Shown: positions 1 through 9,982 of the stretch, piece after piece | Position numbering within the stretch: the first letter of the stretch is position 1 | Layout of the letters: every line of letters starts with the position of its first letter | Source: an uncultured Bacteroidaceae bacterium | GTDB lineage: Bacteria > Bacteroidota > Bacteroidia > Bacteroidales > Bacteroidaceae | Length of the DNA: 64,000 nucleotides | Direction of reading: 5' to 3' | Assembly: GCA_944320955.1 (NCBI GenBank) | Contig: CALUJL010000021.1 | Location: forward strand, 130,516 to 194,515 | Notes under the pieces: model-generated | Database searches by the model: none | What the model was told of the DNA's origin: nothing | The model's input: the letters and a program-made list of their open reading frames with translations, nothing else | Made by a program: the position numbers and the translations under genes

Positions 1-3000
1 TGGGGACCGCAGTGCCAAGCCGAAGACGGCGACTGGTATGCCCGTTTCATGTACTATGAGGATTCCGAACAATACCAATGGCACCTTGACCATTTCGGCG
101 ACCCGGGCGTCTTCGGACTGAAGGACCTTTGCAATGCCTGGAAGGCCGAAAAGTGGAATCCTGACGAACTCGTCAAACTCTACAAAGAGGCCGGCGCCCG
201 GTACTTCTTCACCCTCGGCCAACACCACGACAACTTTGACCTATGGGACAGCCCCTATCAGGAGTGGAACTCGGTGAATGTCGGCCCGAAACGCGACATT
301 GTGAAAGGATGGAGCGATGCCTGCAAAAAGTACGGCCTGCCGCTCGGCGTCAGCATGCACGGCAGCCACACCTGGACCTGGATGGAGAAATCCCAGGACT
401 ACGACGGCAACCTCACGAAAGAAGACGGCTACGAGCCCAATCCCGACGGCACGGAAAAATGGTGGAAAGGCCTCGACCCGCAAGAGCTCTACGCCCAAAA
501 CCACGAGCACAGCACCGGATGGGAAAACTCCGGTACGATCCACAGCCAGTGGGCATGGGGCAACGGCGCTTCGCTCCCCTCGGAGGAATACAAGATGAAG
601 TTCCAGAACCGCGTGTTGCAGTGCATCAACGACTACGACCCCGCGATGCTCTACTTCGACGACACGGTGCTCCCCTTCTACGGCTGCGACGAATCCATAG
701 GCCTCAACATCCTCTCCCACTTCTATAACCACAGCGCCAACGAAAACAGCGGCACGGCCGACGTAGTGGTGATGGGAAAAATCCTGGAAGAGAAGCACAA
801 GGAAGCCATGCTCTGGGACGTAGAGCGCGGCATCCCCGACCGCGCGCAGGAAAAGTACTGGCAGACCTGCACGTGCATAGGCAACTGGCACTACAGCCAG
901 GCTGACTACAACAACAACAGCTACAAGCAGGCCGACCAGATAGTCCGCATGCTGGTCGACATCGTCAGCAAGAACGGAAACCTCCTGCTGAGTGTCCCCA
1001 TCAAGGGCGACGGCACCATCGACGACAAGGAAATCGCCATCCTGCAAAACCTGAAGAAATGGATGGACGTCAACAGCACCAGTATCTACGGCACGCGCCC
1101 CTGGAAGACCTTCGGCGAAGGCCCCACGGCCGAAGCCTCCAACCCCATGACCGGACAGGGCTTCAACGAAGGCAACAACTACACGAGCGAAGACGTGCGC
1201 TACGTGCAGCGCAACGACACGCTCTTTGCCACCATCATGGCCTGGCCTTCGCAATCCACCTTTACCTTCGAGGCTCTCGCCCCGACCTCGCAGTACTACA
1301 GCGGAAAGGTGAGCAAAGTGACCCTCCTCGGCTACGGCGAAGTGGAATTCAAGGAAGACATCGAAGGACTTGTCGTAAGCCTCCCCGCCGAACCGACCAA
1401 CGACATCGCCCCCGTGTTCTGCATCGAGTTCGACCCGAACAGCCCCACGACCATCTCGCTGGCAGAACTCCTGAGCATCTACGAAGACAAACTCGCCGAG
1501 TTGGAGCCCCAAGTGGGCTACAACACCGGCAAGTTCACGCGTGAAGCCTATGAGGCATTTGCCCAGAAGATAGAAGACGCCAAGCAATTCACCGGCGCCG
1601 ACGAAGCTACCCAGAGCACCAAAGCCCAGGAGCTGAATGCAGCTTATGCCGACCTGCTGGAGAACGGCCGCAACGAAGGCGGAGAACCCAGCACGACGAG
1701 CCAGAGTTGGGACGTGACCCTCACCAAGTTGTCCGAAAGCGAGCAGTTCGCCCGCAAGGAAGAGACGGGCACCCGCTTCGGAAGCCCCCAGTATTGGACC
1801 GTGGAGAACTTCATGATTCCCCAAACGAATGAGACGGACGGAGTGAAAAACGGCATCGACAACTACAACGGCAACGACTGCCTGATGCTCGGAGTATGGG
1901 ACGACCGCGACAACAACCAAGAGGGCAACGTGGCCAACGCCCGCATCTACCAGAAAGTGTTCCTCGAAGCCGGACGCTACTACTTCGGTGCCACGTACAA
2001 CACGACCTACGGCATTGCCGACCAGGCCTACATCTTCGCCTCCCCCGTGCTCAGCAACACGGAAGACATCCCGGAGGACGCCTATGCCTACTACAATATA
2101 AACAAGAGCAACACGAGCGGAAGTTTCACCGGTATCTACTTCACGCTGACGGAAGACGCTGAAGTCTACCTCGGTTTCCAAGCCAACCTCACAGGAGCCA
2201 ACCAGCAGGAATTCCGGGCCGACAAGGTGAAACTCATCTACTACGGCAACATGGACTACTATACCCTTGACGACCTGATCTTCTCCATCGGCATGGAACT
2301 GGACATGGCCAAGGCCGGGCACAACACCGGCTTCTACCGGCAGGAAGCCATCGAGCAGCTGCGGGCCGAACTCGACAAGGCTTCCCAAGTGACCGAGGAC
2401 TCCGAATTTGACGAAATAGTAGATGCCTACAACAATCTGAACGCTGCTTACTTAGACTTCCAGCAGAACGGAAAAAACAAAGGAGGAGAGCCCGACGAGA
2501 TCGGGTTCTCTGACATTTCGGAAGAAGCCTTCGTCGAAATCAGCAACTTCAGCCGCCAGGACACTTCCGTACACACGCGCTTTGCCACGCCCCTCAACTG
2601 GACGGTCGAAAACTTCAGCATCCCCAACGGGACGAGCGGCACGAAAAACGGAATAGACAACTATCCCGGCTACGACTGCCTCATGCTCGGAGTGTGGGAC
2701 GACAAGCAAAACAACCAGGAAGGCAGCCTGACCAACGCCCGCATCTACCGCCAGGTTTCCCTCAAGGCCGGCCGCTACTACTTCGGGGCGCGGTACCAGA
2801 CGACCTATAACACCAACGACCAGGCCTACATCTTCGCCGCCGCCAAGCCGCTCAGCACGGCAGAAATCCCCCAAAGTTCCATCGCCTACTACCCCATCAA
2901 CGAGACCGCTGACGGAAGCGACGTGCTCAACGGCATCTTCTTCACCCTCGAGGAAGACCAGGACATCATACTCGGATTCCAGATCGACCTGCTCAACGGA

Positions 3001-4029
3001 AACGCCCAGCAGGAGACGCGCGTACGGGAAGTGCAGCTCTACTACTACGGCGAGGTCAACTACGAGAGCCTACAGGAGAACATTTCCTTCATCGAAGACA
3101 CACTCTCGACCTTCAAGCTCAACGAAAACACCGGATACTACAACCCCGCCACCTACGAGACGCTGGCCGGAGTCATCGAATCCAGCAAGGCCGTCGGCGC
3201 AGATGCCTCCGCCGGGGAAATCAGCGATGCCTACGAGGAACTCCAGGCCGCATTTGCCGACTTCCTGGCCAACGGCAAAAATCCCGGCGGCAACCCCGAT
3301 GAAGAAGGGACCATCGAACTGACGGAAGAAAAATTCATCGAGAAAGAAGAATTCAGCCGCGTGCCCACCGACAGCACCACCAACCGCTACGGCACCCCGC
3401 TCTACTGGACGGTGGAAAACTACTTCATCCCCAACGAAACCGACGGCAACCGCAACGGACTCGACCGCTATCCCGGCTACGACTGCCTCACGCTCGGCAT
3501 CTGGGACGACCGCGACAAAAACCAGGGCAACCTGGCCAACGCCCGCGTCTACCGCAAAGTAGAGCTCGAAGCCGGCCGCTACTATTTCGGAGGCACCTTC
3601 GAGGCACTCCACAACATGACCTCGGCCTACATCTTCGCCGCCGCAGACACCCTGCCCACCTCCCGCATGGAGAAAGACGCCATAGCCTTCTACCCGATGT
3701 CTTCGTGCGCCATCGACTCCAAATACCACGGCATCTACTTCACGCTCGACGAGCCGCAGGAAATCATCCTCGGCTTCCAGGCCGACATGGCGCAGGGAGC
3801 CACCCAACAGGAGTTCCGCATCGCCTCCCTGCTGCTGCTGAAGTATGACGACGAGGCCACGGGCATCGAAGAAATCCCCCTCTACGGTTCCGAAGAAGAA
3901 AGCACGGAAGAAGCCCAGGGGCCTGCCCGCTACTACACCATCGAGGGCCTGCCCCTCACCGAAGAACCCGAGCACGGATTCTTCATCAAGTGGCAAGGCG
4001 GCAAAGGCTACAAGATGTTCAAGCCCTAA
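1..4029 (+). CDS. GH29 alpha-L-fucosidase, 5'-truncated by window edge, followed by three tandem ~260-aa repeat modules (helical linker + beta-rich putative carbohydrate-binding module)
   Basis: Frame is open from nt 1. N-terminal region has the GH29 signature (YQWHLDHFGDPGVFG..KYFFTLGQHHDNFDLWDS..). Three repeats carry the conserved W(T)VENFxIPN..NGIDNYxGxDCLxLGxWDD..NARIY(R/Q)KV.L.AGRYYFG motif. Ends with TAA at 4027-4029. Confidence 0.85.
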   Translation, partial: WGPQCQAEDGDWYARFMYYEDSEQYQWHLDHFGDPGVFGLKDLCNAWKAEKWNPDELVKLYKEAGARYFFTLGQHHDNFDLWDSPYQEWNSVNVGPKRDIVKGWSDACKKYGLPLGVSMHGSHTWTWMEKSQDYDGNLTKEDGYEPNPDGTEKWWKGLDPQELYAQNHEHSTGWENSGTIHSQWAWGNGASLPSEEYKMKFQNRVLQCINDYDPAMLYFDDTVLPFYGCDESIGLNILSHFYNHSANENSGTADVVVMGKILEEKHKEAMLWDVERGIPDRAQEKYWQTCTCIGNWHYSQADYNNNSYKQADQIVRMLVDIVSKNGNLLLSVPIKGDGTIDDKEIAILQNLKKWMDVNSTSIYGTRPWKTFGEGPTAEASNPMTGQGFNEGNNYTSEDVRYVQRNDTLFATIMAWPSQSTFTFEALAPTSQYYSGKVSKVTLLGYGEVEFKEDIEGLVVSLPAEPTNDIAPVFCIEFDPNSPTTISLAELLSIYEDKLAELEPQVGYNTGKFTREAYEAFAQKIEDAKQFTGADEATQSTKAQELNAAYADLLENGRNEGGEPSTTSQSWDVTLTKLSESEQFARKEETGTRFGSPQYWTVENFMIPQTNETDGVKNGIDNYNGNDCLMLGVWDDRDNNQEGNVANARIYQKVFLEAGRYYFGATYNTTYGIADQAYIFASPVLSNTEDIPEDAYAYYNINKSNTSGSFTGIYFTLTEDAEVYLGFQANLTGANQQEFRADKVKLIYYGNMDYYTLDDLIFSIGMELDMAKAGHNTGFYRQEAIEQLRAELDKASQVTEDSEFDEIVDAYNNLNAAYLDFQQNGKNKGGEPDEIGFSDISEEAFVEISNFSRQDTSVHTRFATPLNWTVENFSIPNGTSGTKNGIDNYPGYDCLMLGVWDDKQNNQEGSLTNARIYRQVSLKAGRYYFGARYQTTYNTNDQAYIFAAAKPLSTAEIPQSSIAYYPINETADGSDVLNGIFFTLEEDQDIILGFQIDLLNGNAQQETRVREVQLYYYGEVNYESLQENISFIEDTLSTFKLNENTGYYNPATYETLAGVIESSKAVGADASAGEISDAYEELQAAFADFLANGKNPGGNPDEEGTIELTEEKFIEKEEFSRVPTDSTTNRYGTPLYWTVENYFIPNETDGNRNGLDRYPGYDCLTLGIWDDRDKNQGNLANARVYRKVELEAGRYYFGGTFEALHNMTSAYIFAAADTLPTSRMEKDAIAFYPMSSCAIDSKYHGIYFTLDEPQEIILGFQADMAQGATQQEFRIASLLLLKYDDEATGIEEIPLYGSEEESTEEAQGPARYYTIEGLPLTEEPEHGFFIKWQGGKGYKMFKP

Positions 4030-4085
4030 GGCCCGCCCCGGCCGGTTACGCCTCGCGGCACGCCTTTTCCCGCCCTCCCCGTGAG

Positions 4086-4175
4086 CCGGGAAAAAGCGCC
4101 TGAGGAACCCGAAAAAAGCGGCAGCGCTTTTCCCGGAAACCGCTGCCGCCAATTCCCGAAAGTCCCGGAAGAAAA
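4086..4175. repeat. GC-rich intergenic hairpin-repeat array (family copy 1)
   Basis: Units such as gaaaaaagcggcagcgcttttcccggaaaccgctgccgcc match the GGAAAAG-YGCWGCCGC-CTTTTCC pattern. Confidence 0.6.
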
Positions 4176-4220
4176 AGGAGAGAAACAAGCACCCTGCTCG
4201 CCTATTTCCTCCGGGACTTT

Positions 4221-4250
4221 TTTGTTTTTGCCGCGAAAGCCGTAACTTTG
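4221..4250 (+). promoter_or_regulatory. Bacteroidetes-type promoter for panB: -33 TTTG (4221-4224) and -7 TAacTTTG (4243-4250)
   Basis: TAnnTTTG motif with an upstream TTTG at ~18 nt spacing; ~45 nt upstream of the panB ATG. Confidence 0.4.
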
Positions 4251-4298
4251 CCCCCGTTTTTGAAAACAACGAACCCTACAAAACAGCATTTGCACATC

Positions 4299-5120
4299 AT
4301 GGCTGGATACATTACAGAAGACAAGCGGAAAGTGACCACCCACCGCCTCTTGGAAATGAAGCAGCGGCAGGAGAAGATTGCCATGCTGACGGCCTACGAC
4401 TACACGATGGCAAAAATCGTGGACCAGGCAGGCATCGACGTAATACTCGTGGGCGACTCGGCCTCCAACGTCATGGCCGGTAACGTGACCACACTGCCCA
4501 TCACCCTGGACCAGATGATCTACCACGGAAAGAGCGTCGTGCGCGGCGTGGAGCGCGCCCTGGTGGTCGTCGACATGCCTTTCGGCACCTATCAGGGAAA
4601 CCCCACGGAAGGCCTGACCTCCGCCATACGCATCATGAAAGAGACCCACGCCGACGCCGTGAAGCTCGAAGGAGGAGAAGAAATCCTGGACTCCGTGAAG
4701 CGAATCCTCTCGGCCGGAATCCCCATCATGGGGCACTTGGGCCTGATGCCGCAGTCCATCAACAAATACGGCACCTACACCGTGCGGGCCCGCGAGCAGA
4801 AAGAGGCCGAAAAGCTCATCCGCGACGCCAAACTCCTGGAAGAAGCCGGCTGCTTCGCCATCGTGCTGGAAAAAATACCCGCCACGCTGGCCCGCCAGGT
4901 GGCCGAAGAACTGACCATCCCCATCATCGGCATCGGAGCCGGGGGGGCCGTGGACGGACAAGTACTCGTCATCCAGGACATGCTGGGCATGAGTCTCGGC
5001 TTCAGCCCCAAGTTCCTGCGGCGCTATGCCGACCTCAACCGCGTCATGACCGACGCCATCGGGCAATACGTGACCGACGTGAAAAGCCAGGACTTCCCCA
5101 ACGAGAAAGAGCAATATTAG
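4299..5120 (+). CDS. panB: 3-methyl-2-oxobutanoate hydroxymethyltransferase (ketopantoate hydroxymethyltransferase)
   Basis: Full-length similarity to PanB ([31 protein letters not shown]..). Start moved to the internal ATG at 4299. Confidence 0.9.
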   Translation: MAGYITEDKRKVTTHRLLEMKQRQEKIAMLTAYDYTMAKIVDQAGIDVILVGDSASNVMAGNVTTLPITLDQMIYHGKSVVRGVERALVVVDMPFGTYQGNPTEGLTSAIRIMKETHADAVKLEGGEEILDSVKRILSAGIPIMGHLGLMPQSINKYGTYTVRAREQKEAEKLIRDAKLLEEAGCFAIVLEKIPATLARQVAEELTIPIIGIGAGGAVDGQVLVIQDMLGMSLGFSPKFLRRYADLNRVMTDAIGQYVTDVKSQDFPNEKEQY

Positions 5121-5173
5121 CAGCAGGAAAGAGACTCCTGCCTGCCCCCCGGATCCAAGTAAAGGAAAAGGCC

Positions 5174-6367
5174 ATGAAACTCTGGAGCCACAATTTCTAC
5201 TGGACAAGCGAAACGAACCTCTGGCTGTACAGTTCGATGTACGCCCTCTTCATAGGCCTGCCCCTCCCGGCTGCGGCAGAAGCAAGCGGCATGCTCTGGA
5301 TAGCCCATCTCTGCTTCCTGCTCGGGATATGGCTGCCGGGGCCGGTGGCGGCCCACCTGCTGGAGCGCTTCTCCCGCAAGCACATCTATCTCTACTCCCT
5401 GGCAGGATGCCTCCTCTGCACCCTGCTCGTCCCCTATGCCGACCGGGCTGCCGACCTGTTTGTCTCGCGGGGACTCACGGCTCCGGAGGAGAGCAGCCCG
5501 CTCGCCCTGCTGCGCCTCGTGCAAGGCCTCTGCTACGGCATGGCGCTCAATGCGGGCAACACACTCTCCGTGGACGTCACCCCTTCGCCCCGCCGGGATG
5601 AGGCAAACTCCCTGTTTATGCGCACCGGACGAATCGGGATAGGCATCGGCCTCATAGCCGCCACCCTGTCCGCCGCACTGCTCGGCCCGGCCGGGACCTA
5701 CTATTTCTCCCTTGCCGCCGGCACACTGGCCTTCTTCTCGGCCTGCCTGCTGCACGTGCCTTTCCATGCCCCGCTCCGGCTGTCCCTGTGCTCCACCGAC
5801 CGCTACCTGATGCCCCGCCTCTGGCCGGAAATACTGAATACCCTGCTCCTGGCCGCAGTGCCCGGCATTCTGGCCGCCTCCATCCTGCAGGATACCCCCC
5901 TCCCCCTTTCCTCCCCCACAGCACACATCGGCCTGTGGATGGCCGGCGCGGCCGGATTTCTCAGCGCACTGCTCCTGCAGCGGCGGAAGGCAGAAACACT
6001 CTCCCCCTCCGTCCGCACCCTCACGGGCTTCTGCATAGCCGCAGCTTCCTGCCTCTGCCTCCTGCCGCAAGAGGGGCACATGCTTTCCCTCGCCGGGCTC
6101 TTCCTGCTCGCAGCCGGAGTGGAACTTGCGGCAAGCGGGCTGCTACACTGTTTTGTGCGCATGGCCCGCCACAGCCAGCGCTGCACAGCCACCAACTCCT
6201 ACCTGCTCGCTTGGGAGAGCGGCTTTGCAGGAGGCATCTGTCTGGGTATCCACCGGACGGGAAGTGCCGAGCAAGTTGCGCTCTGTTTGGCCCTGGCAGC
6301 ACTGCTCCTCTTCCTCTTCTTTACCCGCCGGCACTACAAGAGAAACAAGATCTTACAAGCGCATTAA
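5174..6367 (+). CDS. Multi-pass membrane protein, MFS-transporter-like
   Basis: ~12 predicted hydrophobic helices across 397 aa with loop motifs resembling the major facilitator superfamily. No closer assignment possible. Confidence 0.5.
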   Translation: MKLWSHNFYWTSETNLWLYSSMYALFIGLPLPAAAEASGMLWIAHLCFLLGIWLPGPVAAHLLERFSRKHIYLYSLAGCLLCTLLVPYADRAADLFVSRGLTAPEESSPLALLRLVQGLCYGMALNAGNTLSVDVTPSPRRDEANSLFMRTGRIGIGIGLIAATLSAALLGPAGTYYFSLAAGTLAFFSACLLHVPFHAPLRLSLCSTDRYLMPRLWPEILNTLLLAAVPGILAASILQDTPLPLSSPTAHIGLWMAGAAGFLSALLLQRRKAETLSPSVRTLTGFCIAAASCLCLLPQEGHMLSLAGLFLLAAGVELAASGLLHCFVRMARHSQRCTATNSYLLAWESGFAGGICLGIHRTGSAEQVALCLALAALLLFLFFTRRHYKRNKILQAH

Positions 6368-6372
6368 CCCCC

Positions 6373-7488
6373 TTACAGCCCCAACTCCTTCCACAAAGCC
6401 GCAATCGGCCGCGGAACGGGATAAGCCGGAAGTTCCGAATGCGGGACACGCAAAAATCCGGGAAAAGAAAGTGAATCCGGCGGAAGTTGCACCGAATAAA
6501 AATTCAAGTGCAGCACGCGGTGGCTCAACCGATGCAGCACCTCGCGCCGCAATAGAGACACCGATGCCGACTGCCGCTCGGCATCGGAAGGAAAGAAGCG
6601 GCCGAAATCTTCGCTCCCCAGGAACTCTTCCGGCGCAAGCGGCTGCTCCGCGACAACCAAAGGCAACTCATACAAACCCTGCCAGATGGACGGCGAAAAA
6701 AGACCCGGCTTCTTCTTCCCGCCGGGTAACTCCGACACACGCCGGCGCAGGCATACGGCATCGCCCACGCGTACATATATATAATGCAGGTATACATCGG
6801 CCACCCGCTGCCGACGCGCTTTCACCGGAAACTCCTCTACCCGTCTTTCCGCACAGGCCACGCACTTCGCCTCCAGCGGGCAACTCCCGCAATCCGGCGA
6901 CTGGGGAACGCACTGCAAAGCGCCGAAATCCATAATGGCCTGGTTATACAATCCGGGACAACCGGCCGGCAGCAGTTCGGAAGCCAAAGCGGAAAAGTAT
7001 TTCTTCCCCTGCGCCGTATCAATCGGCTCCCCAATGCCGAAACAGCGGGCCAGGACCCGGTAGACATTCCCGTCCACCACGGCATAAGGCATCCCGTAGG
7101 CCATGGAGCAAATGGCCGCCGCCGTATAGTCGCCGATGCCCGGCAAGGCACGTACCCCGGCATAGCTCTGCGGGAAACAGCCGCCACCCGCGGCCACCAT
7201 CCTGGCAGCCTTATGCAAGTTTCGCGCCCGCGAGTAATAGCCCAGCCCCTGCCAGAGGCGCATCACCTCGTCGTCTTCGGCCGCCGCCAAGGCTGCGACC
7301 GTAGGAAAACGCCCGATGAAACGCAAATAATAATCCAGCCCTTGGGCCACACGCGTCTGCTGCAGAATAATCTCCGAGACCCAAATCTTATAAGGGTCGC
7401 ACGTATCCCGCCAAGGCAGGCTTCTTTTGTGTTCTCGATACCAATCGATTATCAGAAGGGAGACCTCTTCCGTTCCTTTATTCTTCAT
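6373..7488 (-). CDS. mutY: A/G-specific adenine DNA glycosylase
   Basis: HhH-GPD glycosylase motifs, the 4Fe-4S cysteine cluster (C..C..C..C) and a NUDIX-like C-terminal domain. Start trimmed to MKNKGTEEVSLLIIDWYREHKRSLPWR. Confidence 0.85.
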   Translation of the reverse strand: MKNKGTEEVSLLIIDWYREHKRSLPWRDTCDPYKIWVSEIILQQTRVAQGLDYYLRFIGRFPTVAALAAAEDDEVMRLWQGLGYYSRARNLHKAARMVAAGGGCFPQSYAGVRALPGIGDYTAAAICSMAYGMPYAVVDGNVYRVLARCFGIGEPIDTAQGKKYFSALASELLPAGCPGLYNQAIMDFGALQCVPQSPDCGSCPLEAKCVACAERRVEEFPVKARRQRVADVYLHYIYVRVGDAVCLRRRVSELPGGKKKPGLFSPSIWQGLYELPLVVAEQPLAPEEFLGSEDFGRFFPSDAERQSASVSLLRREVLHRLSHRVLHLNFYSVQLPPDSLSFPGFLRVPHSELPAYPVPRPIAALWKELGL

Positions 7489-7593
7489 CTGCAAAACCGT
7501 TTCTAAGCACAAAAATAAGGGAAGAACAGGGAATTCACCCCACTTTTCTACAAAAACTTCAAAAGAAATTCCGCGGGGAAACGGAAAAAGCCG

Positions 7594-7601
7594 TATATTT
7601 G
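7594..7601 (+). promoter_or_regulatory. -7 box TAtaTTTG upstream of the HU gene
   Basis: TAnnTTTG motif 55 nt upstream of the ATG. Confidence 0.3.
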
Positions 7602-7655
7602 CAGACAATTGGCAAAAACAAAAGCTTACATCCTAATAACGAAAGAAATACAACT

Positions 7656-7928
7656 ATGACAAAAGCAGACCTTGTAAACCAGATCTCAGCAAACACCGGA
7701 GTAGATAAGGCCTCTGTTCTCTCTACCATAGAATCCTTTATGTCCATCGTAAAAGATTCGCTGGCTGCCGATGAGAATGTATATCTGCGCGGATTCGGGA
7801 GCTTTATCGTGAAGAAAAGAGCCCAAAAGACAGCCCGGAACATCTCTAAGAACACGACCATCATCGTTCCCGAGCATAATATTCCGGCATTCCGCCCTGC
7901 CAAGGACTTCTACGATGCTTTGTCTTAA
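7656..7928 (+). CDS. hup: HU family DNA-binding protein
   Basis: MTKADLVNQISANTGV..RGFGSF..; typical 90-aa Bacteroidetes HU. Confidence 0.85.
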   Translation: MTKADLVNQISANTGVDKASVLSTIESFMSIVKDSLAADENVYLRGFGSFIVKKRAQKTARNISKNTTIIVPEHNIPAFRPAKDFYDALS

Positions 7929-8055
7929 AGTCTATCGAAAGTGAGGAACTTTCCAATAGCGCTGACACTCTTCGACAAGACCAAAACTAAACCAAAATAT
8001 TAACTCATAAATTTTAAAAGCTATGCCAAGCGGAAAAAAGAAAAAGAGACATAAA

Positions 8056-8115
8056 ATGTCTACTCACAAGCGCAAGAAAAGACTAAGAAAGAACAGGCAT
8101 AAGAGCAAGAAATAA
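8056..8115 (+). other. 19-codon highly basic mini-ORF (MSTHKRKKRLRKNRHKSKK) in the rng 5' leader
   Basis: ATG..TAA ORF; 13 of 19 residues are K/R/H. It lies in the 380-nt region upstream of rng and is followed by a hairpin. Confidence 0.25.
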
Positions 8116-8150
8116 GTCTGGATAGCTTGTAAACCCAAAGAAAAAGAAAA

Positions 8151-8196
8151 AGAACAAACTCCCCCTGCCAAATCTTGCTGGAGTTTGTTCTTTTCT
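8151..8196 (+). terminator. Stem-loop (11-bp stem gaacaaactcc/ggagtttgttc, 18-nt loop) followed by TTTTC; possible attenuator or terminator in the rng leader
   Basis: Perfect inverted repeat at 8151-8161 and 8180-8190, then a T-run. Confidence 0.35.
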
Positions 8197-8306
8197 GTAA
8201 ATCTCTCCCAAAGATTCCCCCCACCGCTTTTCCGGAGAAGGAGCACAGGGAGAGCCTGAAAACGAAAGAGCAAACAATACAAACCCTTTAATCCGTAAGA
8301 ACAAAA

Positions 8307-9881
8307 GTGACGAGCGAATTAGTCGTAGACGTACAGCCGAAGGAAATCTCCATAGCCTTATTGGAAGATAAGAACCTCGTGGAATTTCAGAGCGAAGCCC
8401 AAAATGCTTCCTTCTCGGTCGGCAACATCTATTCGGCCAAGGTGAAAAAAATCATGCCCGGCCTGAATGCTTGTTTTGTGGATGTCGGCTATGAAAAAGA
8501 CGCTTTCCTTCATTACTTGGATTTAGGTACCCAATTCCACTCTCTCGAGAAGTTTCTCAAACAAGTCAAGTCGGAAAAGAAAAACAAAAGCAACTCCTAC
8601 ACACGCCTCCCGGTACTTCCCGACCTGGAGAAAGAGGGTACGATCAGCAACGTGCTGAAGTGTGGCCAGGAGATCATCGTCCAAATCATAAAAGAGCCCA
8701 TCTCTACCAAAGGACCGCGGCTCACCACCGAAATTTCCTTTGCCGGACGATACCTGGTGCTCATCCCCTTCAACGACAAAGTGTCCGTATCCCAGAAGAT
8801 CAAGTCCAGCGCCGAAAGAGCCCGCCTCAAGCAGTTGCTCCAAAGCATCAAGCCCAAGAATTTCGGAGTCATCATCCGCACTGTGGCCGAAGGCCGCCGC
8901 GTGGCAGAACTCGACAACGAACTGAAGATTCTGCTGAAGCATTGGGAAAATGCCGTTGAGAAATTCGTAAAAGCACAGACCTACCCGACTCTGATCTACG
9001 AAGAAACCAGCCGTACCGTCGCCCTGCTCCGCGATCTGTTCAACCCCTCTTTCGAGAGCATCTATATCAACGACAAGACCGTCTTTCAGGAAGTCAAGAA
9101 CTACGTGACGCTGATTGCACCCGAGCGGGCTGAAATCGTGAAATTGTACAAGGGAAACCTCCCGATCTTCGACAATTTCAACATCACCAAGCAGATCAAG
9201 TCCTCGTTTGGGAAGACCGTTTCGTACAAAAACGGCGCCTATCTCATTATCGAGCACACCGAAGCCCTGCACGTGGTAGACGTCAATAGCGGAAACCGCG
9301 CCAAGACCAACAATCAGGAGGGCAACGCACTGGAAGTCAACCTGGGCGCTGCCGACGAACTGGCCCGCCAGCTGCGATTGCGCGACATGGGAGGCATCAT
9401 AGTCGTAGACTTTATCGACATGAGCGAGCCGGCAAACCGGCAAACCCTCTACGAACGCATGTGCAAGAACATGCAGAACGACCGCGCGCGGCACAACATC
9501 CTGCCGCTGAGCAAGTTCGGCCTGATGCAGATTACGCGCCAGCGGGTACGCCCGGCAATGGACGTGGTCACAACCGAAGACTGCCCCACCTGCCACGGCA
9601 CGGGAAGCATCAAGTCCTCCATCCTGTTTACCGACACACTTGAGAGTAAAATTGACTATCTAAGCAACAAACTGAAGGTAAAGAACTTCACCCTTCACAT
9701 CCACCCCTACCCGTATGCCTACATCAGCCAAGGCATTCTTTCCATCAAGCGGAAGTGGCAGATGAAATACGGGTTCGGGGTCAAGATTGTCCCCAACCAG
9801 AAACTGGCTTTTCTCGAATACCGCTTCTACGACCCCCACGGCGAGGAAATCGACATGAAGGAGGCCATCGAAATCAAATAA
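8307..9881 (+). CDS. rng: Ribonuclease E/G family protein (RNase G-like)
   Basis: S1 domain plus catalytic-core signature (LVVDVQPKEISIALLEDKNLVEF..., ..DMSE..ILPLSKFGLMQITRQR). GTG start. Confidence 0.85.
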   Translation: MTSELVVDVQPKEISIALLEDKNLVEFQSEAQNASFSVGNIYSAKVKKIMPGLNACFVDVGYEKDAFLHYLDLGTQFHSLEKFLKQVKSEKKNKSNSYTRLPVLPDLEKEGTISNVLKCGQEIIVQIIKEPISTKGPRLTTEISFAGRYLVLIPFNDKVSVSQKIKSSAERARLKQLLQSIKPKNFGVIIRTVAEGRRVAELDNELKILLKHWENAVEKFVKAQTYPTLIYEETSRTVALLRDLFNPSFESIYINDKTVFQEVKNYVTLIAPERAEIVKLYKGNLPIFDNFNITKQIKSSFGKTVSYKNGAYLIIEHTEALHVVDVNSGNRAKTNNQEGNALEVNLGAADELARQLRLRDMGGIIVVDFIDMSEPANRQTLYERMCKNMQNDRARHNILPLSKFGLMQITRQRVRPAMDVVTTEDCPTCHGTGSIKSSILFTDTLESKIDYLSNKLKVKNFTLHIHPYPYAYISQGILSIKRKWQMKYGFGVKIVPNQKLAFLEYRFYDPHGEEIDMKEAIEIK

Positions 9882-9982
9882 GCACGGGGAAAACCGAAAA
9901 CAAAAAGCGAAAGCGGAGAGAGTCCTGCACGTACAGAGGATTTTCTCCGCTTTCGGTATTCTATTTCCCTATCCGACGGAAG

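Noticed and set aside
241-2388. 715-aa ORF on the minus strand antisense to the GH29 gene. Similar long antisense or alternate-frame ORFs occur at 3070-4269, 20636-21844, 33914-35581, 33988-35835, 35923-36999, 39301-41334, 42083-43477, 43788-45080, 47681-49009, 51848-54205, 55081-56553 and 58078-59190.
   Set aside because: These are expected artefacts of high GC content (few stop codons). Their translations are low-complexity and Ala/Gly/Arg/Pro-rich with no recognisable motifs, whereas the opposite strand or frame encodes clearly recognisable proteins.
4030-4298. Small ORFs (for example 4202-4384 minus) in the fucosidase-panB intergenic region.
   Set aside because: The region is occupied by the hairpin-repeat array and the panB promoter, and the ORFs lack any conservation signal.
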